Source: a virus. Taken from it: a stretch of DNA of 64,000 bases. Location: IMG/VR virus record IMGVR_UViG_3300045988_118194, positions 1 through 64,000 of that record; one strand, written 5' to 3'. A program made the translations under genes and the position numbers. Below, piece by piece: positions 47,019 through 56,984 of the stretch (within the stretch, counting starts at the first letter, position 1; each line of letters starts with the position of its first letter). Below the pieces are notes generated by a model, which was not told where the DNA came from, did not search any database, and saw only the letters and a program-made list of their open reading frames with translations.

Positions 47019-47432
47019 TTATGAAACTTCTATTTCATAATGCGAAGCCTCTGTCTCAACTATCAATCTTCCCTCTCCTTCGAACTCAACGCTATCATTT
47101 CCTGGACCAGTAACAAAAGGGAAATCAGATACGGATGTTACATAATCTCCAGAACCACCGGAGAAAGACTGACTTTTACTTTGTTTGTAATTGATAGTCA
47201 ATTGTGTTTTACCTATCTGAAGAGTTCCAGATAAATTTTTAGTATAAGTAGTGGTAGTTGTAATATCCCCATTTTTATAACAATACATTATAAAGGTGGT
47301 AACCGGACTCTTTTTTATATTACTATCCGGACCTGCATGATAAGATTCATTTCCTCCAAATATGCTATAAATGTGACAATAAGGACCGACTCTTTTACTT
47401 GAGGTTTTAGCCTTATCCTCGACTCCTTTCAA
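47019..47432 (-). CDS. hypothetical protein (137 aa)
   Basis: ORF. Confidence 0.4.
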   Translation of the reverse strand: MKGVEDKAKTSSKRVGPYCHIYSIFGGNESYHAGPDSNIKKSPVTTFIMYCYKNGDITTTTTYTKNLSGTLQIGKTQLTINYKQSKSQSFSGGSGDYVTSVSDFPFVTGPGNDSVEFEGEGRLIVETEASHYEIEVS

Positions 47433-47599
47433 AGATATAGTAACCTTACTCTTGTATTCAATATCCTTCCAATTACAGACTCCTTCACTTACGTTTCCAA
47501 CAAACCTGTCATCAACATAAACCTCTATATCCCCCTACTGATTGGTCTTCAACTGATACTGAACAAGATTTGAAACATCTTCGTATCTCCTTCTCATAC

Positions 47600-50500
47600 T
47601 CAACACTCCTTATTTAACTCATTTATCGAATCCGAATTATCAGAACCTTCTACGAGATTCTTATTCCTATCTATCTCTTCCTGGCTCATATTACTCATCA
47701 TATTTTGTATTTTTCTACCAGATTGAGATAAAGAGCGGATGAATGCACTGGAACTTATCTTAACTCCAAGATCCGGTTTTGCCCTAAACGCTTCACCGGT
47801 ACTGATATTATACAAATCATACACACCTGAGTTCATATAGAATTTATATATCCAGTTTCCACCAGCTTTTTTGTACCCTAATTTGGTTAACTCGACTACA
47901 CTCATACCAAATTTAATGCCATTACGACCCATTATCTTCTCTGGTATAGGTTCTACCTTAGCCGGAACAGATGAATATGCTTCGTCACCTCCGTACAGAA
48001 AATAAGGGGTTGTCACCCTTGATATGTGAGTAAGCGGTTCTTCGGATATACGAGGTTCGTCTTTTTCTATTTCTCCTTTTGTATATCCAGGTAATTCGAC
48101 ATTTCCTTTAACTTCGACATTTGTTCTGGATTGTCCTTTGCCTTCTCCATCTCCCTTTTTATCGCCATCTTCCTCAGTGCGTACTGCACCGCCTTCTGCA
48201 CTTCCTTCTTTTCCATCATTTAAAATATTATCTGATTCTGACTCTATAGACTCCACGACAGCATCATACTCTGGTATGCCGCTAAGGAAATCTGCTACGT
48301 TATTCAAAAACTCTATTTTTTCCTCGTTTGTCATATCAAGGCTTTCCACGGGCTCCCATATGGCAGGCAAGTTGTTTGATTTTATTGCAGTAGAAACATC
48401 TTCTACAGTTTTATTATCCACCGTAGGCAAAACTTTAGAAACCAAACTATTGATATCAGATTCCATTTTTTCTACTTCCTCTTTTGTGCCATATTCTTTT
48501 AGGGTATCCATGCCATTGACTCTAAGAGAATAATTTAAAGCCTTACTCGGAACAAAATTAATATATTTCAAAAAGTTTTTCAACTCTGATATAATTTGTT
48601 CGTCAGATCTTGGCCCAACATAATCAACCACCACCCGATCTGTTTGAGAACGAAGCCAAGAAACGTATTCTTCTAAAGTCTTACCACCTTTACTGGAAGG
48701 AGTGGATATTTTATCACCTACTGTTCCTTTAGGTTCTAATCCCATTTCCTCCTTAAGACTTTTAGGATTACCTCTCTCACGAAGAAATCTCAAATCACCT
48801 CCTACAATCTTCCTTGCTATAAAATCAAAAATATTAGCATAAGGCGGCAATCCTTCTTTTTCTATATGAGATTCTATTTCGTTTAACATAAGAGAGAAGT
48901 TTTTTCTGGAGGTGCGCTTCTTGCCATGTAAGGACTGCGTAGCTTGTGCCGCAGGAGCCGGCTGGGCTGGTGGCGCCGGCCGAGTCCCCCGGACAGGGCC
49001 TTCCTCTGGCATTTCATCTTCGTAAATATCCACATCTTCCTTGGAAGTAACGGTCTTACCCTCATCGGAGAAAGGGAGATCATCTTCTATAAGTGATTTA
49101 GGTCTGGAAGATGATTTACCAAACTGAATCCTGATCTTAGGAGCGACAAACATCTCACCTTCGAAATCTATTCCAGATTCTACTTCAGACATCACAATGT
49201 CTTTCACATTCCTGCTTTCATCTTCTACCCATTTAACAACATCAGGAACCGTAGATAATTTTTCTATAGCCTCACGAGCTTTTCTAAGCCCTGAAATAGG
49301 ATTCAAATACGATACTTGATACGAAGCCGGATCAAGGCCTAACTTGGTTAGATACGCATTAAGATCTTGTATATCATCTTGACCCATCTGTAACAATTCA
49401 GAGTCACCTGATTCAAGCAGCATATCTATAAAAGAAATCCATTTCTTTCCTTCCTCTGATTCCACAGAACGTAGACTAACCGGGAAAAGATAATTAAGAC
49501 CGTTTTTGCCTTTGATGACAACTACCGGAACTCTTACATTTTTGTAATTATTCCCCTTGTCATTTAATATAGAATAAGCAAATGGGAAGCCTGTGTATTT
49601 AGATCCGTTCTTAAGCACGACTTTGCCATTTAATACATATCCGACATCAGATACTTTTTCAGCACCTTTTTCGGTAATGGGGAGATTTTCTACCTGGCCA
49701 TATCCTTGACCGTTCACCTTCATGTTAAACACCGGTCTTCCAGGAAGGGTCTGGGCAACAACATGCGTGCCGACGTTGATGGTGGCCGACCGGCCGGCGT
49801 CCTTCTTCCACTTGTTAAAAGCCGTTCTTCTTATCTTACTTATACCATCTATGCCTCCTGTGTCAGCTTTTACAACAGAAACGAATCTGTTTCCACTCAT
49901 GACCTTGATAACCATATTGGATACCAGCTTATTTTCAGCAGATTCTATTCTTTTTTTATCACCGGACTGAACAGCATCATTGTATTCGGCAAAAAGAGAC
50001 TGATTATAGGTATCATTTGCATCTATCTCAAGATTAACCTTATCTCCTTTCTTCAAAGAAGATAATGCTTCCTGATCTATTTTATCTACTTCATTCTCTC
50101 CGAATCCAACACCTGTTCTGTACGGAACCAATTCGTCTGAATCAAGACGCTTATAAACCAAAGAATATGAATTACCCACGTCCTGAATAGACACATCTGT
50201 GTAACGGTTAAGAACACGAGCCGATTCTTTGTCTATAGACCATCTCGCATGATAAGGCAGTTCAATTATAGTAGCCGTTTCTCCACCTATGTTAAGAGAA
50301 TACCTTTTAGTACCATTAGCGTTCGTTTCAGAGCTTATTTGAATAGGAACCAATGATTTTATAGAAGATATAAATTTATCGGCTCTAAGACCTGCAATTT
50401 CATACCTTTCGTTGCCATCGTTGGATATTCTTCTAACCATCAACGTCTCTGGATTCTGGGCGCTATCTATATTGGCTCCCGGCGTATTATCAGATTCGTC

Positions 50501-53500
50501 TAATTCATTTACAAGAGAATCTATATTAGCATCATCCTCCCCAAAATTACTTAACGTAGATTCGGAAATACGACCTTTATCAATAATCCTGTTTTGTTCG
50601 ATATAAGGAAGGAGATCCGTGATGTTTCCAACCTGGCCAAGATCTTCTATGGTAAATACCGAATCGGCAAGCTTATCTTCGTCAACTTTCTCCCCTTTGT
50701 CCCGTCTGTTCATTATATCAACATACGAAGAAATAGCATCATCAAGTTCCTTCCTTTGATCTGGTTCCAAATTGGATTTAGCCATATCAATAATAGCTTT
50801 ATTATCCTCATACACAGATCTCGGACTTGTAAGCCTATCAGCCTTTTCAGATAATGATTTTATGAGATTAACGGGACTGTCACCCAAAGACGATACATAA
50901 TCATCAAAATCTTGTTTGTATTTATCATACACATCTTTTTCTCTCTCAGTAAGAAGATCGGCATTACCTGTATATAGTTTATCAATTATAGACTGCCTTA
51001 CGGCCGGAACCATAATAGGATTATCCATAGCAGCCTCATAATCTTCATCCGATACAGACTCCGTAAGCGGTGACTCTTTTATATCATCTTCTGCTTCCTT
51101 CATCCTATCTTCCCTTACTTTATCAAGAGCATGCATAAAAGCCTTGATAGTCCAAGCTTCGTCTTCCGAAATCTTACCTTCTGACACAGCTTGATCTACT
51201 ACCTCATCAGTGTCATATTCACCAACTTTATTAGACTCTGCAAAATCAGGAACCTTGTCATCCCCTTTATAAGGAGTAGACCATAGAGAAGACAGCGCTT
51301 TTGAAAACCCCCTGTTTTCCTCAGCTAAGAATCTTTTATCAAGCATCTTAGACAAGAAGTTATTCATATTCCTATAGTCCATCAAACTTCTTCGGTATTC
51401 ATTTACCAAGGATCTCATGGCTTTGTCTTTGGCTGTAAACTTCTTTTCCTGTCTTGATTTTACATTAAAATAATCATCAAAAGCCACAAGCGTATCATAG
51501 GCTTCTATCACATCTTGTGAACTTATGGGAGAAAGAGGAGATGATAAAACAGATTCGGTTTTACTTACCAGCTCTTCTATCGAAAACTCTTTTCCTATTA
51601 ACGTTGATAACTCAGACAACGAATTATTGTAATTGGTTCTAAGGCTTTCCAATTCTTTGGTTTTTCGTTGTATGGATTCAGCTTGTGGATCTTTCCCTTC
51701 TACGTTGCGAGGGCGGGTAGCAAGATCTTCTATTTCGGATTCAAGTTCTTCTATTCTTGACCGTATGCCACGGATAGCCATCGCCCGCTCCCTTGCCCTG
51801 TCCGACAGCCGGGAGAACGTACTTAGAGCATCCGCCACGCGAGGCTGCCCCGAAAGCGTTTCTATGACAGAAGCTATGTCTTTCATTCTTGATTCTGATT
51901 GAAGACCAAGGAAGGCATTACGAGCCACGTATTTCCTAAACTCAATCTTAGAATCATCACCTATAAGATCTTCGGCAAAACTCTGGGCAGATCTGAAATC
52001 CGAAAGACGATTGTTATAATTATCAATAATAGAATCCTTGTATTTCTTTGCCTCTTCCAAAGACATTCCATTAGCTTCGGCTATTTCCGAAATAGGCATC
52101 ATATCAATCATCTGCCTAAAATTTTCAGCCGAATCCTCTAAGGTTCCCATTTGGTTGTCAATAGACATCTTTTCAAACATAGCATCATCAAGCTCCTTGC
52201 CAGTCATAGACTGGGCATCGGAACGAACTTGAGGCCCTAAACTCATTGATTTTTTCAACGTATTCAAAGCCGCCGTGTTAAGATTAGAAGATGCTTTGTT
52301 GTATTCATTCACTTGCCTTTCCAGCAAGATCTGACTATTGCTATACTCTTTAACCCCAAAGAAGCCTTCCCTCATACCAAACAAAGAACCGATAATAGCA
52401 CCGATTCCTATTTCAGTCCATCCTTCTTTAGACGTATATTGCTTTTTAAATCCTTCAGAAATAGCATCAAGAACATCAACGGCTCCGTTCATGGCTACAT
52501 TATCATATCTTGACTTAACATATTCCTCAGCCGTATTCTGAACAGCACCTTGAGATCCTTCTTCCCATAAGCCTTCGGACACCGGCCTTTTCATGATATT
52601 GAAAACATTGCCTGCTATCTTTTGTCCTATATTGGGATTGGTTATTTTAATAGCCATCTCTCCCGGCTTCGCAACTTCCGTCCCTAATCCAAATAAATGC
52701 TTGTTGAACTTCTTTTCCAACCCTGGTATAGCCTTGCCTCCTAACCCTATATACTTACCAAAAAGAAGCCAGTTAGATAATCCTACTATACCCATATTGG
52801 CGGCAAATATAGCACTACCTACATCAGCATTAGAATTACGAAAAACAGCCATTTCCTCTGCATTGGGATCACGACCATAAATCTTACGATAATAATCCTT
52901 GAAATCAGACTCAGATTGCTTCATAAAAGAATTTGCTTCAACCGATGACTCGAATCCGGCACTGGTAGCCAACAACGTCATGGTTTTAGCCGCCTCCCCT
53001 ACATTTCTTCCGGTAGCAACTCCTTTTCTTACATAGTCATTAAACACGCTTTTAAGGCTTCCTATACCCCTATTTGCAGCTTGCCTTGCTGCTAACTTAG
53101 CTCCGATTCTTCCACCTAATTTAGCACCTATATTGCCCAATGATCCAACTCCAAGTCCTCCGGTCATGTACGCTGATATCATGGCTCCTACGGTAAAAGA
53201 CATTCCGTTACCAAGGACATCATTCCATAAGAAATTACCGGTATCCTTAAAAAGCTTCTGACCGAAATTATAATCTTCTACCTCTTTCTTGTAATAATGG
53301 GGAAGAAGCATGTCTATTTGCTGGTCAAGATCACCTACAAACTTATCCATGTTAGTGTTTAACGCAGCTTTATAACTTCCCTCAGATGCCATATTGATAA
53401 GTTTGTCAGGCAATGACACAACTCCTTGTGCACCGTACAATGCGGATTTTAAAGCGAATTTGCCTACACCATTCCAAAACTTACTCCATCCGCTCTGTCT

Positions 53501-53932
53501 CCTGGCATAATAATCTTCATTGTTTATACCCGGAATATAGTTAGAATATTTTGTACGCCATACCCCATCATTACCCATCTGATGACTTTCACGGATACTT
53601 ACCTTCGGTCCATAGGGATTAAGAGGCGGCGGGACAGGTGTAGCCCCCCTGTAGCTGTTACGAGCCAGTGCCTCCGAGTAGCTGTTGCTTATCTCCTTGG
53701 CTATATACGGTTCTTCGTATTCGGCAGCAGCTATCCTTGATGCGTAATCCGGAAATTTAGGTTGGGCATACACACCTTCACCAGGCATATAATTAGGAAC
53801 CAGAGGCGTTGTCGTCTCTGGTAGTGTAGCCGGAGTATAATTCTCTTCTTCGGCTAATTTTCTTTGCCTTGCCACATCTTCGTAAGTGGTTTTAGCAGCA
53901 GGATTATATCTATCTATATTATTGTCAGCCAT
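47600..53932 (-). CDS. giant protein (2110 aa), function unknown. Possibly a crAss-type cargo or tail protein.
   Basis: 6.3-kb ORF. Gly-zipper-like GGLGVGSLGNIGAKLGGRIGAKLA. Pro/Ala-rich linker PAPPAQPAPAAQ. No DxDGD motif found. Confidence 0.7.
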   Translation of the reverse strand: MADNNIDRYNPAAKTTYEDVARQRKLAEEENYTPATLPETTTPLVPNYMPGEGVYAQPKFPDYASRIAAAEYEEPYIAKEISNSYSEALARNSYRGATPVPPPLNPYGPKVSIRESHQMGNDGVWRTKYSNYIPGINNEDYYARRQSGWSKFWNGVGKFALKSALYGAQGVVSLPDKLINMASEGSYKAALNTNMDKFVGDLDQQIDMLLPHYYKKEVEDYNFGQKLFKDTGNFLWNDVLGNGMSFTVGAMISAYMTGGLGVGSLGNIGAKLGGRIGAKLAARQAANRGIGSLKSVFNDYVRKGVATGRNVGEAAKTMTLLATSAGFESSVEANSFMKQSESDFKDYYRKIYGRDPNAEEMAVFRNSNADVGSAIFAANMGIVGLSNWLLFGKYIGLGGKAIPGLEKKFNKHLFGLGTEVAKPGEMAIKITNPNIGQKIAGNVFNIMKRPVSEGLWEEGSQGAVQNTAEEYVKSRYDNVAMNGAVDVLDAISEGFKKQYTSKEGWTEIGIGAIIGSLFGMREGFFGVKEYSNSQILLERQVNEYNKASSNLNTAALNTLKKSMSLGPQVRSDAQSMTGKELDDAMFEKMSIDNQMGTLEDSAENFRQMIDMMPISEIAEANGMSLEEAKKYKDSIIDNYNNRLSDFRSAQSFAEDLIGDDSKIEFRKYVARNAFLGLQSESRMKDIASVIETLSGQPRVADALSTFSRLSDRARERAMAIRGIRSRIEELESEIEDLATRPRNVEGKDPQAESIQRKTKELESLRTNYNNSLSELSTLIGKEFSIEELVSKTESVLSSPLSPISSQDVIEAYDTLVAFDDYFNVKSRQEKKFTAKDKAMRSLVNEYRRSLMDYRNMNNFLSKMLDKRFLAEENRGFSKALSSLWSTPYKGDDKVPDFAESNKVGEYDTDEVVDQAVSEGKISEDEAWTIKAFMHALDKVREDRMKEAEDDIKESPLTESVSDEDYEAAMDNPIMVPAVRQSIIDKLYTGNADLLTEREKDVYDKYKQDFDDYVSSLGDSPVNLIKSLSEKADRLTSPRSVYEDNKAIIDMAKSNLEPDQRKELDDAISSYVDIMNRRDKGEKVDEDKLADSVFTIEDLGQVGNITDLLPYIEQNRIIDKGRISESTLSNFGEDDANIDSLVNELDESDNTPGANIDSAQNPETLMVRRISNDGNERYEIAGLRADKFISSIKSLVPIQISSETNANGTKRYSLNIGGETATIIELPYHARWSIDKESARVLNRYTDVSIQDVGNSYSLVYKRLDSDELVPYRTGVGFGENEVDKIDQEALSSLKKGDKVNLEIDANDTYNQSLFAEYNDAVQSGDKKRIESAENKLVSNMVIKVMSGNRFVSVVKADTGGIDGISKIRRTAFNKWKKDAGRSATINVGTHVVAQTLPGRPVFNMKVNGQGYGQVENLPITEKGAEKVSDVGYVLNGKVVLKNGSKYTGFPFAYSILNDKGNNYKNVRVPVVVIKGKNGLNYLFPVSLRSVESEEGKKWISFIDMLLESGDSELLQMGQDDIQDLNAYLTKLGLDPASYQVSYLNPISGLRKAREAIEKLSTVPDVVKWVEDESRNVKDIVMSEVESGIDFEGEMFVAPKIRIQFGKSSSRPKSLIEDDLPFSDEGKTVTSKEDVDIYEDEMPEEGPVRGTRPAPPAQPAPAAQATQSLHGKKRTSRKNFSLMLNEIESHIEKEGLPPYANIFDFIARKIVGGDLRFLRERGNPKSLKEEMGLEPKGTVGDKISTPSSKGGKTLEEYVSWLRSQTDRVVVDYVGPRSDEQIISELKNFLKYINFVPSKALNYSLRVNGMDTLKEYGTKEEVEKMESDINSLVSKVLPTVDNKTVEDVSTAIKSNNLPAIWEPVESLDMTNEEKIEFLNNVADFLSGIPEYDAVVESIESESDNILNDGKEGSAEGGAVRTEEDGDKKGDGEGKGQSRTNVEVKGNVELPGYTKGEIEKDEPRISEEPLTHISRVTTPYFLYGGDEAYSSVPAKVEPIPEKIMGRNGIKFGMSVVELTKLGYKKAGGNWIYKFYMNSGVYDLYNISTGEAFRAKPDLGVKISSSAFIRSLSQSGRKIQNMMSNMSQEEIDRNKNLVEGSDNSDSINELNKEC

Positions 53933-56900
53933 AAATTTTCTGCAAAAAATCGTTCAACTTACTAAACTTGTCATTCATGTTGGGCGTGATATTTATTCCT
54001 CTCATATACGGATCCCTCATCTGATCAAGACGTTCTTGAACAGCCTCCTTCACGTATTTTACAAAGAAATACTGAGGACACTTCTGGTGAATGCTATTCC
54101 AGTAATCCGCATATTCATCATTACCCGGATCCAAAGGAACAAAATCCGAGAACAACAATGCAGGATTTTTAGAATTTTTAGTCCTTTTGTCATAGAAATT
54201 GACCGCTACCTCTCTCGAACCCCTGTCATCCATTCCTTCCAACTGAACTGATATGTTGTCAGACATATCAATGAAATTATCGACAAGGGTTTTAACAACG
54301 TTCATTTCCTCAGGCTTAAGATAAGAACCATGTATCTTTACTATATCATAAAGATCATTCTTGACATCAGCCTTAGAAGCCAAACGGGGAAGACCATTGC
54401 GTATAAGATACTTATCATAAGAATAGCCTTCCTTCTTTCCGGTATCTACAAAATCACAAGTTCCAAAACTTGATTTGTAACCATCTACTGGATAATTGCG
54501 CTCCTCAACCGAAGGATCTATACCTGCCTTAAGAAGCTCATCATTTGCGATCTCCACCCTTTCTGTAACATAAGAGTTTTCACCGGACCCTACTTGAGCA
54601 GTCAAGAACCTTCTGATAGTACCATTATCTATCTCGGCATCCATATTGATGGAATTAATAGCAGTAGGATCCAGATTATTTACCTTTCCTGCCATGTAGC
54701 CAGACAATCTTCTAAACTGAGCCTTCTGCAAGGACTTTTCCGGTGAATCAGCATTCCAATTGTATCTTTTGTAAGAATCAAGATAATGATACTGAGACAA
54801 AATATCAGAAATCTGATCGGGAGATACAGACATTTTTATCTCGTCCTGCATCTGGCCCGCTATCATGTCAGACACCCTACTATTTTTCTCAGCATATCTT
54901 AACTGAGTAATAGTCAAAGGCTCCCCTTCTTGATAATCTTTTAGATCTATATCACCATCCTTATCTATAGTCATATAATCGGATATATTAAAATCGGGAT
55001 CACCATTGAGTTTCTTCATTCCATTAATAAGAGCCAACGTACCAGTAGAAGAACCATTATTCTCGCTTGCAATAGCATCAGATATGTTTTTCCCCAACTT
55101 GCCGGCACTCGCCTTAGCTCCTAATGACGGAGATATAGCACTAAGAATATCTATTCCTCTCGAAGGATCCATCATGTACTCTCTAAACCCTACAGCATCA
55201 GATACGCCAGTTGTTATGGCCGTGGCGAGTAGGAAAGCTCCAGCCTTATCATCTGTATCGGTAAGATTTATAAAAGAATTTCCTTTCATAAGCTTAGCAT
55301 TACGAACTTTCCTGATAATATCCTTATTTTTTTCAGTAACTATGTTATCGATTTGATAATCAGTTATGTTATTTATAGCCTTTGTGGCTCCATTTGCCTT
55401 AGAATCAGAAAGAAGTAAAGCATCATAAGCTTCAGATAATCTGTTATTTCCTTGTCCGAAATATCCGTTTTTCTGACCTCCATTGTTTTTCAAATAAGAA
55501 TATATCCGCTCTTCAGGAGTCATATTAGCATACAACCCTGGGTCAGTCTTTTCTTCTTCGTATGATGCTGCAACGATATTGCTTCTATCTGTAGGAGATA
55601 ATGAATTATACAATTTCAATAAATTGGCTTTACGATCTGTAGAATGAGATTTAAGTAACTCATAAGGAATATTAGCCAAGTTAATAGATCCTGTCTTACC
55701 CGTTCCAGAGTTAATAGCCGTAGGCCCGTCCATAGGAGCCATCGGTACTCTCATACCGCCTGCTCCTGTTGTGCCTGCGGATGAGCTTTCAGTTCCCATC
55801 TTGGAGCCGTAAGTGCGCATGTACTCGGTTTCAATCTTAGCCTGAGCAAGTTGCTCTTTTGCCAACGATATTTCAACCATAGACTTAGCATTGTCAGTCA
55901 AAAACTTTTGCTGAGCCCTATCCTCTGCCAACCTTGCAAAATAAAGATCGTCTTTCTTCCTTTCAAAACTTGTATTGTCGTATCTCCATGCATCAGTCAT
56001 CTTATCGAAAAGATTATTAGTAACAACAAAATTAGCAGCCGCTACCGGATCAGACGAAGCTATTATCATATCTGCCTCCCTCTTGGCTTCTGCTTTCTGA
56101 TTTTTAGCTTCCTGTATCTGGCTGTCAATACGATCAATAATATCTTTATTATCCCCCACTGATTTCTTTTTTGCTTCCAATGCTCCTATGTGCCTATCGT
56201 ATCTTTCGACATAAGACCCAATGTATTGACTAACCAAATCCGGATTACTGAACACCGGATTGGTGGCTGCCATGTACGATGCTTCTATTCTCATCTGATT
56301 CCTCATGTTTTCAGATAAGTTAGCAGACACAAAATTCCTTATCTGGGAATCTGTAAGTTCATCTACATTAACTTCTATAATACCACCAGTAGGATTACCT
56401 TTAACATCATATTCTGTTGTCTGAATCTTCTTGCCTTCGTTGTTTTTCCTAAAGTCACTAACCAGCTTATTTATCTCCTTGGTATAATCGACATAAGGAG
56501 AATAATGAAGACCTCCTAACCTTGATCCTGCTTTACCATCTGACCTCCATTTGTAATAAGGATCCAAAGCATGCCATTCATTAATAGGAGAATAAAGTTC
56601 AGGATGATTCTGTTTTATAGATTCTATTTCCTTCATAACCCTCTTGCCTTCTTTTGTGCCGGCAATCGCGTTAATGACCGTATCATCTAACACCGAACTT
56701 ATCTCTCCTTGTATGGCTCTCGTAACACCATCAGAAGAAAGATCCACGCCTTTGAATTTTTGATTGATGTTAGCAATCACACCTGACATCTTATCTTCCA
56801 TATAAGCGCGGGCTTCAGGCTTATCTATCTCTTGACCCATAAGATAATCTACCTGGGTATAGATCTTTTCACGAGCAGCATCAACCTTCTGCTGTTTGTA

Positions 56901-56984
56901 CATCATGACGTCCTTAACAAGATCTATGTTGTAAGGACTAACATACGGGGCATATTGCCTTAAAATACTATACTGTGAAGCCAC
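53925..56984 (-). CDS. large hypothetical protein (1019 aa; GTG start, 1-nt overlap with the upstream stop)
   Basis: Long ORF. Probable virion protein. Confidence 0.6.
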   Translation of the reverse strand: MASQYSILRQYAPYVSPYNIDLVKDVMMYKQQKVDAAREKIYTQVDYLMGQEIDKPEARAYMEDKMSGVIANINQKFKGVDLSSDGVTRAIQGEISSVLDDTVINAIAGTKEGKRVMKEIESIKQNHPELYSPINEWHALDPYYKWRSDGKAGSRLGGLHYSPYVDYTKEINKLVSDFRKNNEGKKIQTTEYDVKGNPTGGIIEVNVDELTDSQIRNFVSANLSENMRNQMRIEASYMAATNPVFSNPDLVSQYIGSYVERYDRHIGALEAKKKSVGDNKDIIDRIDSQIQEAKNQKAEAKREADMIIASSDPVAAANFVVTNNLFDKMTDAWRYDNTSFERKKDDLYFARLAEDRAQQKFLTDNAKSMVEISLAKEQLAQAKIETEYMRTYGSKMGTESSSAGTTGAGGMRVPMAPMDGPTAINSGTGKTGSINLANIPYELLKSHSTDRKANLLKLYNSLSPTDRSNIVAASYEEEKTDPGLYANMTPEERIYSYLKNNGGQKNGYFGQGNNRLSEAYDALLLSDSKANGATKAINNITDYQIDNIVTEKNKDIIRKVRNAKLMKGNSFINLTDTDDKAGAFLLATAITTGVSDAVGFREYMMDPSRGIDILSAISPSLGAKASAGKLGKNISDAIASENNGSSTGTLALINGMKKLNGDPDFNISDYMTIDKDGDIDLKDYQEGEPLTITQLRYAEKNSRVSDMIAGQMQDEIKMSVSPDQISDILSQYHYLDSYKRYNWNADSPEKSLQKAQFRRLSGYMAGKVNNLDPTAINSINMDAEIDNGTIRRFLTAQVGSGENSYVTERVEIANDELLKAGIDPSVEERNYPVDGYKSSFGTCDFVDTGKKEGYSYDKYLIRNGLPRLASKADVKNDLYDIVKIHGSYLKPEEMNVVKTLVDNFIDMSDNISVQLEGMDDRGSREVAVNFYDKRTKNSKNPALLFSDFVPLDPGNDEYADYWNSIHQKCPQYFFVKYVKEAVQERLDQMRDPYMRGINITPNMNDKFSKLNDFLQKIYG

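Noticed and set aside
29417-53932. Calling a giant ORF the crAss-type virion RNA polymerase
   Set aside because: No DxDGD (or close variant) catalytic motif was found in either giant protein. The nearest string, YDADGN, does not fit.
54500-54560. SGTGKTG in the 1019-aa protein as a Walker A or terminase signature
   Set aside because: The spacing does not match GxxxxGK[ST]. No Walker B or nuclease motifs follow.
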